From Lama guanicoe (Eukaryota): a stretch of DNA of 64,000 nucleotides. The number at the start of each line of letters is the position of its first letter. Position 1 is the stretch's first letter. The stretch spans positions 2,052,151 through 2,116,150 of the forward strand of contig MU054001.1 of NCBI GenBank assembly GCA_013239625.1, in the 5' to 3' direction. A program made the translations under genes and the position numbers. Under the pieces are notes generated by a model, which was given only the letters and a program-made list of their open reading frames with translations, was not told the origin of the DNA and made no database searches. This document shows positions 39,225-50,587 of this stretch, piece by piece.

Positions 39225-40354
39225 TATGGCAAACTTGAGATTAAAATTTTTGCCAACTGCTGTGTAAAAGATACTGTCAAGAGAATCAAAAAACAAGCCA
39301 CAGATCGGGAGAAAATATTTGCAAAAGACATCTCTGATGAAGGACTGTTATCCCAAATATACAGACAAAATATACAGACAACTCTTAAAAGTCAACAATA
39401 AGACAACTCTTAAAACTCAACAATATGAGCCGAAGAACTTAATAGCCATCCCACCAAAGAAGATATACAGTTGGAAACTAAGGTTATGAAAAGATGCTTC
39501 TCAACATACATCATCAAGGAATTGCAAATTAAAACAACAACGAGACACCACTATACACCTATCAGAATGGCCAAAATCTAGAACACTGACAATACCAAAT
39601 GCTGACAAGGACAGGGAGCAATAGGACTCTCATTCTTTGGTGGTGGGAATGTGCCACTGTACAGCCACTCTGGAAGACAGTTTGGCAGTTTCTCATAAAA
39701 CCAAAAATATTCTTACCATAGGATCCAGCAATCTCTCTCCTTACAATTTACCCAAAGGAGTCAAAAACTGAGATCCATATCAAAACAGGAACACAATGTT
39801 TATAACAGCTTTATTCATAATTACCAAAACTTGGAAGCAACTGAGATGTCTTTCAGGGGGTGAGTGGACAAACTGGTATATCCAGACAATGGGATACTAT
39901 CCAGTGCTAAAAAGAAACGAGCTATCAAGCCATGAAAAGACTTGGAGGAAACTTAAATGTATATTAGTAAGTGAAAGAAGCAAATCTGGAAATACCGCCT
40001 ACTGTGTGAATCCAACTATATGCCATTCTGGAAAAGGCAAAACTATGCGGAGACCGTAAAAAAGACCAGTGGTTGCCAGGGGTTAGGAACCAGGAGGGAT
40101 GAATAGGCAGAGCATAACGGATGTTTAGGGCAGTGAAAATACTCTGCATGATACTCTAATGGTGGATATATGTCATTATACGTTTGTCCAGACTCATAGA
40201 ATAACACCGACCATGAACCCTAACACTAATGGAAGGTGTCGATAATGGGGGAGACTATGCATATGTAGGGGGAGAGGGTATATGAGAAATCTCAATTTTT
40301 CTGTGAACCTAAAACTGCTCTAAAAAAAAAAAGTCTAAATGCAAAAAAAAAAAA
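39225..40354 (+). mobile_element. L1MC-like 3' end (ORF2 C-terminus, 3'UTR, poly-A)
   Basis: ORFs 39210-39401 (KDTVKRIKKQATDREKIFA) and 39796-40059 (MFITALFIITKTWKQ) are L1 ORF2 remnants. Confidence 0.9.
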
Positions 40355-40924
40355 TTCTTGCCAATACAGCTGACTATCCTTCAAGAAAAACATTCTCTAA
40401 GTTATAACATTGACTTTTTCATTCAGCAACTATTTATGGATCATGTACTATGTGCCTTCTGTTTAGTAGGCTCTGAGGATACAAGAGAAGCAAGACAGGT
40501 GGGTTCTTGCCTGCATGGAGCTCACACAGGCTCTCCATCCTCAGTGGTACCCTAACACCCAGCACATCGCAGTCTCAAAAATGTGGGCTGGTCACACACA
40601 AATATCCCTGTACATACGTGCTCCCAGAGGGCAATGCACCCATGTATGACTTGAGGAAGGGGCATGATTGTGCCTGGGATATTAGAATAACCCGAATTCA
40701 GAATCTCTAGAACACAGTCCCCAGCTGGCTTCTCAGTCTCTTCGTTTTGGATAATAGCTGCATTTTGTTTTTCTATTCACATCCATTCCTTTCTGTGGAT
40801 ATGTAATAAAATGGCACCCAACTGCACACGCTGTTTACTAGCCTGCTTCTCAAAATCCTGGTATATTGTAGACCTATTGTATTGTGCTTCTAAGTCAACA
40901 AATATGTGAGTTCACAAACACTTT

Positions 40925-41150
40925 GGAGTCAGAAAGCAGAGTGCTCAGGCTCTGAAATCACACTGCCTGGGTTCACATCCCAGCTCCCGAATTACTAGCT
41001 GCGATGATCGTGAGGAATTTACTTACCCTTTTTGTGCCTCTAATCAGCCAAATGGGGTAATAATATGACCTGCTTCATTGTGTTGCTATAAAGAGGAAAT
41101 GAGAATGACTGTAAAGCACAGTATAAGAATGCAGTAATTTTAACTATCTT
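40925..41150 (+). mobile_element. MIR SINE
   Basis: ctgcctgggttcacatcccagctc...attactagctg...aaatggggtaataat. Confidence 0.75.
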
Positions 41151-41544
41151 TCTCTAGTGATTGTTTTCAAAGCAGTTTAAAGCAGCTCAACCTTGTAAGA
41201 AAATAGTTTGCAGAGCCCTAAGTAAAGAAACACACACACGCACACAGAGTGAAACTTCAGTGGGTGAGACTAGGGTGAAGATCCACAGGGCCTGCTGTCC
41301 CACTAGGTATCCTGGAGAAGTGGTTCTCGGATTCCATTGTATCTCACCACTAGCTGGGGAACTTGATGGAAAGACAGAGGCCCAGGTCTTATCCTACGTC
41401 AGTGAGCCCGGGCCTCTGTGTTCTTTATTACCTCCCCAAGTGGTTCTGGTACACCAGAAAATCGACAAACATCGCTCTACGGTTCTCTGTAACACTTTCA
41501 AAGCCATTGATCCACACCGTAATTTGTAATGGCCACATAAACTT

Positions 41545-41890
41545 CATAGAATGAATGCAGACTGATGTATTTAAGCACTCCGCTATTGATGGATATTTAG
41601 GTTGTTTCCTTTTTTTTTTTTTCCCAACTGCAGCAATTGCCACAGTCAGTGTTCTTGCACATACATATCCTTCTGTAAGGTGTGCATATCTCTGGGATAG
41701 ATTTTTAGAAATGAAATTGCTGGGCCCAGAATATGCATGCTTTACATTTTGATAAATATTGCCAGATTGCCTTCTGAAAGGTTATATTAATTTCCTCTCC
41801 TGCCGACAGTGTTGAAGAGGGTACCTCTTTCCCTTCGCTGTCATTTCTCTCTTGACTCGGGTTTTAACACTGTTTATTATAGGGTGCTGA
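41545..41890 (-). mobile_element. Old L1 (L1ME-like) fragment
   Basis: ctattgatggatatttaggttgtttcc...gaaatgaaattgctggg...ttgccagattgccttc. Confidence 0.7.
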
Positions 41891-43078
41891 TGAAATCCAC
41901 GTCAGTGACAAATGGATCTATAAGCATCCAACAGGTTACCTTTCAGGAACAGATTCAGCAACCCCATTGATACTTCAGGAGTCATTTTCTTATCGGTGAC
42001 CTCCTCCACCAAGCAGCCAAGGGTTCCACTAGTGTATATGCTTATCTGTGTGTCTCTGGTGCACTCAAGAATGTAGGAAATTTTGCTGCTTCTCTTGCTT
42101 TCAGGCTGAGTTTTCCGTTTTCTGTGAAAGGGGTTATTATTTATAGTCAAGAAATTCTGAAGTCAAAAAATATAATTCTCCCATTGTTGAGTTCCTGGAT
42201 GCCTTCCTCCGATCAGAGTCGTATCTCTGAGTAACACATCACAGAAGTGACAGCTCTCTGGTGATTTAGGAGCCTGCCAGATCATTAGAGCATTACCAAT
42301 GTAAGGATGTATTAGTGTAACACATCATCAGCGTGTTATCGTTCTGTGATGAATTGCTCCAAATCAGAACAATGGCCTAAAGAAACTATGAATTCTCTTA
42401 GAGTTAGAAATGAAATCTTATTTTTTTGAATAAGGAATAAATAAATACGAATGTTCTTTTTTCACAGTGGAGAGTGCTTTAAATCATATTTTTTTGATCT
42501 TTTGATTATCCCTTGTTTTTTGTCTAGTTTGAGCTAGAGATGGAGTCTTCAGGCCAGGTAGGTTGGAGGTTTTCTAGCTATGAAATTAGTTACTTGTGCA
42601 CAGGGAAGGTTAGCATTCAGGAAAAAAAAAACAACGTTTTCTTCACTTGATCCTTGTGGGATGTTTCCCTCTATGTCGTGGGGCATGTGTAAATGGGGGA
42701 CTTTTTCATTTGTGCATTTGCTTTTAAATGGGAGCAGAGACCATCTTTTTAATAACTTGGTCAACCACCGCAGTGCCTGAACCCTGTGTGTTGAATTCTT
42801 GGTGATGAAGGAGAGAATGTGTTCCTCCAAATTAAAAAATTCCCACTTTTGGAGTCATCCCTTTGCATAAAGATAGTGCCTTTAGAATGAGCTCCTTGAA
42901 GTGGAATTGTGCCAACGTGAGGAGTGAGAGATGCTGGGTCAATTCTCCACCGCCAGCAGGAGCGGAAAAGACTTCTAGGGGAGGGAACAGAAGGTGGGTG
43001 ACCGCCATCTTAAATTTTCACTTAAGACTGCTTAAGCCCTTGCGCTGTGCAACTACACTGACTTGGGTTTGAGTTCTT

Positions 43079-46046
43079 TTTTTTTTATTTTGCATTTTTA
43101 TTGAGTAATAGTTATTTTACAATGTTGTGTCAAATTCTAGTGTAGAGCACAATTTTTCAGTCATATGTGAACATACATATATTCATTGTCACATTTTTTT
43201 TTCTCTGTGAGCTACCACAAGATCTTGTATATTTTTCCCTGTGCTATACAGTATAATCTTGTTTATCCATTCTGAATTTTAAAGTCCCTGTCTGTCCCTT
43301 CCCACCTCCCACCCCCTTGGCAACCACAAGTTTGTACTCTATGTCTATGAGTCTGTTTCTGTTTTGTATTATTTTGTTTTTTTTTCAGATTCCTCATATA
43401 AGCGATCTCATATGATATTTTTCTTTCTCTTTCTGGCTTACTTCACTTAGAATGACATTCTCCAGGAACATCCATGTTGCTGCAAATGGTGTTATGTTGT
43501 CGGTTTTTATGGCTGAATAGTATTCCACTGTATAAATATACCACTTCTTCTTTATTCAGTCATCTGTTGATGGACATTTAGGCTGTTTCCATGTCTTGGC
43601 TATTGTAAATAGTGCTGCTATGAACACTGGGGTGTAGGTGTCATTTCGAAGTAGGATTCCTTCTGGATATATGCCCAGGAGTGGCATTCCTGGGTCATAT
43701 GGTAAGTCTATTCCTAGTCTCTTGAGGAATCTCCATATTGTTTTCCACAGTGGTTTTCCTAGCTTCCCTCTCCCACTCTTAATGATTTAGATGTTCTCTT
43801 TTACAATTTTGTGTTTATTCTTTTTTTAATTCATGGCAGTTATCTCCATTCCAGTTATGAGTTTCTCATTTTTGTAGCATCCTGCTTCTTTTCTATTTAG
43901 AGAGACCTGTCAATATTTCTTTTAGCATGGGTTTAGTGTTGCTAAACTCTTTTAGTTTTTGCTTATCTGTGAAGTTCTTTATCTCTCCTTCTATTCTAAA
44001 GGATAGCCTTGCTGGATAGAGTATCCTAGGCTGCATCTTTTTTTCATTCAGGACTTTGAATATATCTTGCCACTCCCTTCTGGCCTGTAGTGTTTGGGTA
44101 GAGAAATCAGCTGAGAGCCTTATGGGGGTTCCCTTGTAACACACTCTTTGTTTTTCTCTTGCTGCATTTAGGATCATTTCTTTATCCTTGACTCTGGCCA
44201 TCTTGATTATGATATGTCTTGGTGTGGGTCTGATTGGGTTCTTCCTGTTTGGGACCCTCTGAGCCTCCTGTACTTGGATATCTGATTCCTTCTTTAGGTT
44301 TGGGAAGTTTTCAGTCATGATTTCTTCCATTACCTTTTCAATTCCCTTTGTTCTTTCTTCCCCTTCTGGAACCCCCATTATGTGTAGATTGGCATGCTTT
44401 ATATTATCCCATAGGTCCCTTATATTGTTTTCATTGTTTTTTATTTGTTTTTCTCTCAGCTGTTCTGATTGGGTGCTTTCTGTTGTCCTGTCTTCTAGGT
44501 CACTTATTCATTCCCCTGCATTATCTAGCCTGCTTTGTACAGCCTTCAGGTCAGCTCTCATCTCAGCCATTAAGTTTACTAATTCTACTTGGTTCTTCTT
44601 TATAGCTTCTCTTTCATTTTTGACATATTTTATATCTCTAAACACTGTTTCTTTTAGTTCCTTCAGTACTTTGATCACTCCTTTTTTGAAATCTTGATCT
44701 AGTAGGCCATCAATGTCTATTTCCTTGATTGTGCTTTCAGGGGATTTCTCTTGATCTTTTAATTGGGATTGGTTCCTCTGCTTCTTCATCTTGTTCATAT
44801 GTCTCTGGCACTGTGGCTTAAGGAGTATCAGTCATCTAGTTCTCCTGGAGACGGTGTGCTCTTAATGATTTTATTGAGAGGTCTTTGTGTCTTCGCCCTG
44901 TTTCGTGAACTTAGCTTGCTGTTTCCAGAGGCCCTCTGTTGGCACCCTCTTCTGTGCTGCTCCCAGTGGCTGTCGGCTAGCAGATCACTCCCCCTCCTAA
45001 CACTGGGTCAGGAGTTGAACTCGTACCTAGTGGGCAGGTGGTCACTCCCCCTCCCGATGCCGCAGTCAGATGCTGCGCTCAGGGAGAGGCAGGTGGGCGG
45101 ATCGTGCCCCCTCCCAGCACCGTGGTCAGGTGCTGCGTTCCTGCCAGGAAGGAGGGTGGCTGCCCGCCCTCCCCCAGCACTGGTGGCTCCGCTGCTCTGT
45201 GCAGCTGCCCGCTCCACCTCTGGTCGGCGCTCCGAAGGCGGGCTCAGGTGCCAGGGCAGAAATATCCTATCTGCCTCAGGCTGTAAACAAGTATCAGTCC
45301 TGCCTAGGAGGTTGCGGAGCCCCCGGGTGCGGATTCAGGGCTCAGTCCCGTCCCGGCACGGGCGCTGCGCACAGGAGGAGATGTGGGCTGTGGCTGCGCC
45401 CCGCCTCTCTTCTTGTGAGAAGCGCCAGTAACGGCGGCACAGGTTTGAGGAGACAAAGGCTACGGCGCCCCTCCCCACAGGGCACACCAGCCGTGTTGCT
45501 TTGCTTTTTTTGCAATTTATGGGGGACCGAGGTTGTTCTGCTTTGTATCCCCTCCCAGCCATGGCACACAGCACCCTACAGTCCCCTGGGGCTGCCTCAG
45601 TGCAGGCACCCCTGTCCTCCGCCTGGCTTGGGTGGCCTGTCCCGGCCCCCAGCTGCCGGCTCACATCTCCGGCTGGGTGTCGCGTGGACCGTTTGTGCCC
45701 GTTTAACTCAGTTCTGTTGGTCAAGGGGTGCTTGGGGCATATCTGAACCTCGGGGGCTCCCCTTCTGTCCCTCTGGCCTCTCCGTTGGAGGGGGCAGACC
45801 CAGTGAATGAGCGCCACTCTCTCCCCACAGGATCAGTCCCGCACTGTTTTGCTTTTTCTTCTTTCTTTTTTCCTTTTCTCCTACCAGATTTTGGGCATCT
45901 TTGTGTTTCAAAGAGAGCGATGTTCTGTCGGAGTTTGGCAGGTGCTCTGGTTGGCTGAGAAGGTCCGTAGATGTGAGTTTTGGTGTATTTGTGGGAGAGG
46001 GTGAGCTACAAGCGTTCTTCTACTCCACCATCTTGCTTCTCCTCCC
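43079..46046 (-). mobile_element. L1 with complete 5'UTR and ORF1 but lacking almost all of ORF2 (~2.97 kb)
   Basis: 5' end GGGAGGAGAAGCAAGATGGTGG (YY1-type L1 start); GC/CpG-rich 5'UTR; ORF1; junction at ~43753/43754 into the ORF2 C-terminus; 3'UTR and poly-A; 9-bp TSD tgagttctt / tgaattctt (43070-43078, 46047-46055); splits a MIR. Confidence 0.95.
43893..44798 (-). pseudogene. L1 ORF1p (301 codons) with one in-frame TGA at 44508-44510
   Basis: ORFs 44508-44798 and 43893-44378 are in the same frame; the bridge reads AGE*ISDLEDRTTESTQSEQ...IRDLWDNIKHANLHIMGVPEGEE; conserved ORF1p motifs PRHIIIK, PIRLSADFS, ARREW, YPARLSF. Confidence 0.93.
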
Positions 46047-46245
46047 TGAATTCTTGCTTAGTCACTTCCTAGTTTGGGCAAGTTGCCGGAACACTCTGAG
46101 CCAGTTTCTTCATCTGTAAAATGGGGATGCAACTAGTAACTGCCTTAGAGGATTGTTGTGATGATTAGATGACCTATTGCTTGGAAAGGACTATAGAGAA
46201 TACAGTGCCTGGCTCACAGAAGGTGCCCCAGGCATATGACTACAA
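46047..46245 (+). mobile_element. MIR SINE, 3' part (5' part at ~43040-43078)
   Basis: ttgggcaagtt...ctctgagccagtttcttcatctgtaaaatggggat; joins to acttgggtttgagttct on the other side of the L1. Confidence 0.8.
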
Positions 46246-48708
46246 TGGTGATTGTGGTTGTGGTAGTTATTGTTATTATTTTAAAGTTGGCTGCACAGAA
46301 GAGAAAAAGTCTTGATATTTTGACAGCTCTTGAGGGGAGGAGCCTCATGGGCACATGAGTATTTTCAAACCCGTAGCATTTACATGCCATATTTTCTAGT
46401 TGAGTGTTTTATCTTCGCTGAATTATGATGCTGTAGCGCTTGATTTGAAAGCTATACTTTCAAATGGGACATTCCAAGAAACTACAACTACTTGAAGAGC
46501 ATTCTCTTATAACCAAATTCCAGACCTGATGGGAGAATTTGGAAGTGGCCGCTGGCATAAAAAGGAGCCTGTGCAGTTTAAAAATGATTGAGTCTGTAGG
46601 AAATAAGACCTGGGTGCTCCTGCTGTTGGTTTTTCTATGAGGCAATACGTGCTAAGCATATTGCCTTTGGTTCCTTCAACAGTTGCATGTAAGCATTAAT
46701 AGCCCCACTCAGCAGATGAGAAAAGTGAGTCTCAAAGAAGTCAGGGAACTTGCCCAAGGACACATGGCAAGGAACACGTGGAACCAGAATTCCATTAAAA
46801 ATTTTCTGATTCTAGAGCCTGAGGTCTTAACTACTCCACATTTCTGGAAAACACACATTTCACACTCACTGGGTAGTTCTGTGCTTTTGGAGGTATACAG
46901 CCCTCCTCAAGGCTTTCCTTGAAATAGATACAAATGGAAAACCCACCAGAAAAATTAACATCAGCATCTTGGTGGATAGCAGAGCTCTGAGAAGCCCTGG
47001 TTACCCTCCTGCCTGGCAATCAGCACAGTCTGGGTCCACCTAATCCAATGGAGCCTTCCAGGGGAGGCATTCAGTGCTGCACTTGACTTCAGCCACCCTC
47101 TGCAGTCGTGTCTCATTGTCCTCAGCCTATGCAGGGATGGCATGCAAGCCGTAGATAAGCAAAGATGGATTGTAAAAAGGGTTCTCCCATTTCTGCCCCC
47201 TCCCTCCTCATTCCCCCTTCAAAGCAAATTGCAAAGAACAGTGCAGTCCTGATCAGGCATTAAAATGTCATCCCAGCACATAGTTCTGATCAGCTTAATC
47301 CTGGAGTTTGCTGCTGAGGGCTGCGTTGGCATGTCAAACTTTGGGTTATAAAAGAACAATGATCTTCTGTGGCAACTGATTTTTTTTTTAAAGCACATTC
47401 TAATGGAATAAACACATCAATGCCAGAGACAATATTATAAATTATTTCTGTGAACTTTTAATTTCAGGAGGGTAGATGGAAAGTAAGTTTGTTGAAATGA
47501 GCTTTTCCTGGTCGGCGGGAGTCCTGTTTCCTTTGGAATGGCTTTGGGAGGCTAAGAAGGCCACTGTTTCCTTTGGTTTTGTTTTTTATTTTTTGCAGTT
47601 GTTTTGGAGAACAATTTTCTCTGACATGGAGCTGGGTGTTTTATGGCTTTAAAGAAATATATTGGTTTATTCATCTGTTGCAACTATAATAATATTGCCA
47701 TTGGAGTCCAACTCAGTAATAAATCAGGCCATTCCTTTCCACTCTATACAAATAATTAAAATAAAAATCGACTGTGCCAGTGAATTTGTTCTACAAGCCG
47801 AATAGAATTGGGTGCTATAAGTCTAGATATTTTGGTTGACATAGGACCGTATATCTTAAAAATAAGAAAACAAAAGGTGGAAAAGTAAGACCTTATTTCA
47901 TTACGTGCAATTTATAACATTTATCTTGAAGATAAAGTTGCCTTCCTCTGCTGCCCATTAACTGGAAGCCAGAATTGGAATACTGTGGAGGGCTCATGAT
48001 ATCACATTCTTTCCCTCTTCCCTCCCCTCCATCCTCTTCCTTCTCTTTCTTTTCCTCTTTTTCCCTGCATCACTGAAAAACAAGTTGAGGTTCATTATTG
48101 TAGCTCTGGAAATAAGGGCCTTTTATTTATGCATGCACGCTTGCATGTCACATACATTTTTACTCACATATATATACTACCTTTTTTCCTGAAAAGAATT
48201 AAGGCAACTCACAAAAACACATAATTCAAAATAAAATAAAAATGAGTGAGTCAGAAAAATTGGTGGAAAGGGGGAAACTGGTTCAGAAGAATAGAATGAA
48301 GGCAGAAGATCAATGCACACAATGAATGCTATGAAGGCTGGCACATTATGAGAGGAAGGCCATGCATTTAGCTTGGAGGCTCCTCGTAGGATTAATGCCA
48401 TATTATGCAGTAACCATAAGATTAGAAACACATTAATGACCAGGAGAAGCCAATCTGAGCTTGGTATTGACATTAGAGAGACTTTTCCTCTCTGGGTTCT
48501 TAAACCAAGAGGGCACCATAATTAAGGGACAAGAGTCTTCAACAACATCCTTAAGAAACACAGCCATACTTATATGTTTACCTCCCTGAAGGCCAATGGC
48601 ACAGCACCAAGCGGCACAAATATTTCTTTGGTGGCCAAACATGAAGCCTAGACAGACAGTTCCTTCTTGCCCTTGCCTAAGCCAGGAAGAGATCAGAGCA
48701 TACCCATG

Positions 48709-49230
48709 CAGTGGTTTTCAAACTTCATTGTACATAAGATCTACTCAGCAAGTTTGTGAAACTCCCCATATGTAAGGATAAGCCAGGTTATGCTGCAGAA
48801 ACAAACAGCCCCCAATTCTCATGTGCTTGAAACAACAAAGGTTAATTTCCTGTTCATGCTGCATAACCACTGTGGGTTGACTGGGGAAGTGGGTAGGGTG
48901 GAGTTGGGGGTGTCTCTGCTCTAAGGCTTTTGCACTCAAGGTTCCAGGCCATGCAAGGCTCCATCTCCATGCTTCCATGATTGCCAAGGCAGAAAAGAGA
49001 TAGGGGCAAATTGTGTATTGGCTCCCAAAGTTTCCATCTGGAAGACAGCCATGTTACTTCCCAGGTCCATTTCATTGGTCAGAATGAGTCACCTGGTCAT
49101 GTGGAACTTCAAAGGAGGCAGGAAAATACAACCTCTCCTTGGGCCTGGAGGAAGATAATCTGTATTTTGGATGAGGACCCCAGGTGCTTCCAGTGCAGGG
49201 TCTCTGGACCATATTTTGAGAAGCAGTTGT
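48709..49230. mobile_element. MER5-like hAT element split by an MLT1-like LTR (~48770-49165, -)
   Basis: Termini cagtggttttcaaact and ggaccatattttgagaagcagttg; internal ggttatgctgcagaaacaaacagcccccaattctc is an MLT1 3' end in reverse. Confidence 0.65.
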
Positions 49231-50042
49231 CCAGAGAAAGGACCAGATTATTTATCTCTAAGGAAATCTGCCATAAATATTTCTCTGAATTGGGCTTTAG
49301 ATATGTGCTGAGTGGTGGTGCATTTGGGGTAACACCCTGACAATACCTGCCCTGTACTATTCTCTGGAAACAGCAAGTACTAAGCCAGAATATGTTTAAG
49401 TCATGTATTCTAGAGGGTAGAGGAGAGGAGCCTAATGAAGACACTTCTGATGTCATGGTGGTTCCCCTTCCAATGCAAAGTGGACCCATACCTATAGAAC
49501 ACCCGTAGACTGGGCCAAGATTTTCCTCAATAAATAGTTTTGGCTCTGTTATAACACTTACCATAAGGTCGCAGAGTTCCATGCCATGGACCAGAAGTTC
49601 TCAAATAGATGTGAGAGAAGGAATCACCTTGAATTTTGGGGAAAAAATAACATGTTTGAAAAATCTAGGCTGGTTCCTGTGTTTATGTATTTTTATGAAA
49701 GGTGATTCTGAAGCATCCTCCTGGTTAACAAGCACAGCTTCTGAGCTGGAAAAAAATAGAAGTTATAAACAAGTCCATCTCTAAAATGTCTCAATGAAGT
49801 ACCCCTGAAATGCTTGATTATTATTTTGCCACCACCTAGATTTTAAAAATTAAAGTGACGAATGAACATAGTTAAAGATAATTTGGATTGTATTGAAAAG
49901 GCTTAACATGAAAAATGTCACCCCTGCTTTCTGGAAGCACTCATGTTTAACTTGTTTATCCTTTCTTCCAGTATTTACACCATAACTGTAAGGGGCTCAT
50001 ACTGCTATTTCCTTACTTGCCACGTGTAGAGCTGGGTCAGGG

Positions 50043-50587
50043 CAGTGTTATCCAATAGAAATATAACAAAGCCTGAATATGTAATTTAAACTTTTCTAGT
50101 AGGTACATTTTTAAAAGTAAAAAGAAACAGGAAATTAGTTTTAATAATACACAGTCAGCCTTCCATATCCACAGGTTCTGCATCCACGGATTCAACCCAT
50201 CGCTGATGGATTTCCTGATTTTGATCTCTGGTTGATTGAGTCCGTGGATGCAGATGCAGAACCCACGGATATGGATGGCCACTGTACTGTGCCGTTTTGT
50301 ATCAGGGACTTGAGCATCGCCAGATTTTGGTATCCCCAGGGGTTCTGGAACCAATCCCCCACGGATACTAAGGGACGACTGTATTTTCATATACTTTAAT
50401 AATATACTTTGTTTAACCCAATATATCCAAAATTTTATCATTTCAAGGTGTAATCAGTGTACAAATTATTAATGAGATCTTTTATATTCTTTGTGATAAG
50501 TCTTTGATAAATGCTGTGTATTCTATACCTAGAGCATCTGTCAATCTTCACTGGCCACGTGTGGGTGATAGCCACCGTTTCTGGAGC
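50043..50587. mobile_element. MER33-like hAT-Charlie element, split by a Tigger element
   Basis: cagtgttatccaatagaaatata...ttaacccaatatatccaaaat...ggccacgtgtgggtgatagccaccgtttctgga. Confidence 0.8.
50152..50381. mobile_element. MER2/Tigger2-type non-autonomous element
   Basis: Terminal inverted repeats cagtcagccttccatatcc and ggatactaagggacgactg|TA. Confidence 0.85.

Noticed and set aside
42945..42966. CTCF site (ccgccagcaggagcgg)
   Set aside because: About three mismatches in the core GGGGGC half in either alignment; too weak to call.
44317..45431. Plus-strand ORFs of 85-222 aa
   Set aside because: Antisense shadows of L1 ORF1 and the GC-rich 5'UTR; no independent coding evidence.
49109..49582. 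157-aa minus-strand ORF
   Set aside because: Runs through MER5/MLT1 remnants and has no recognisable domain.
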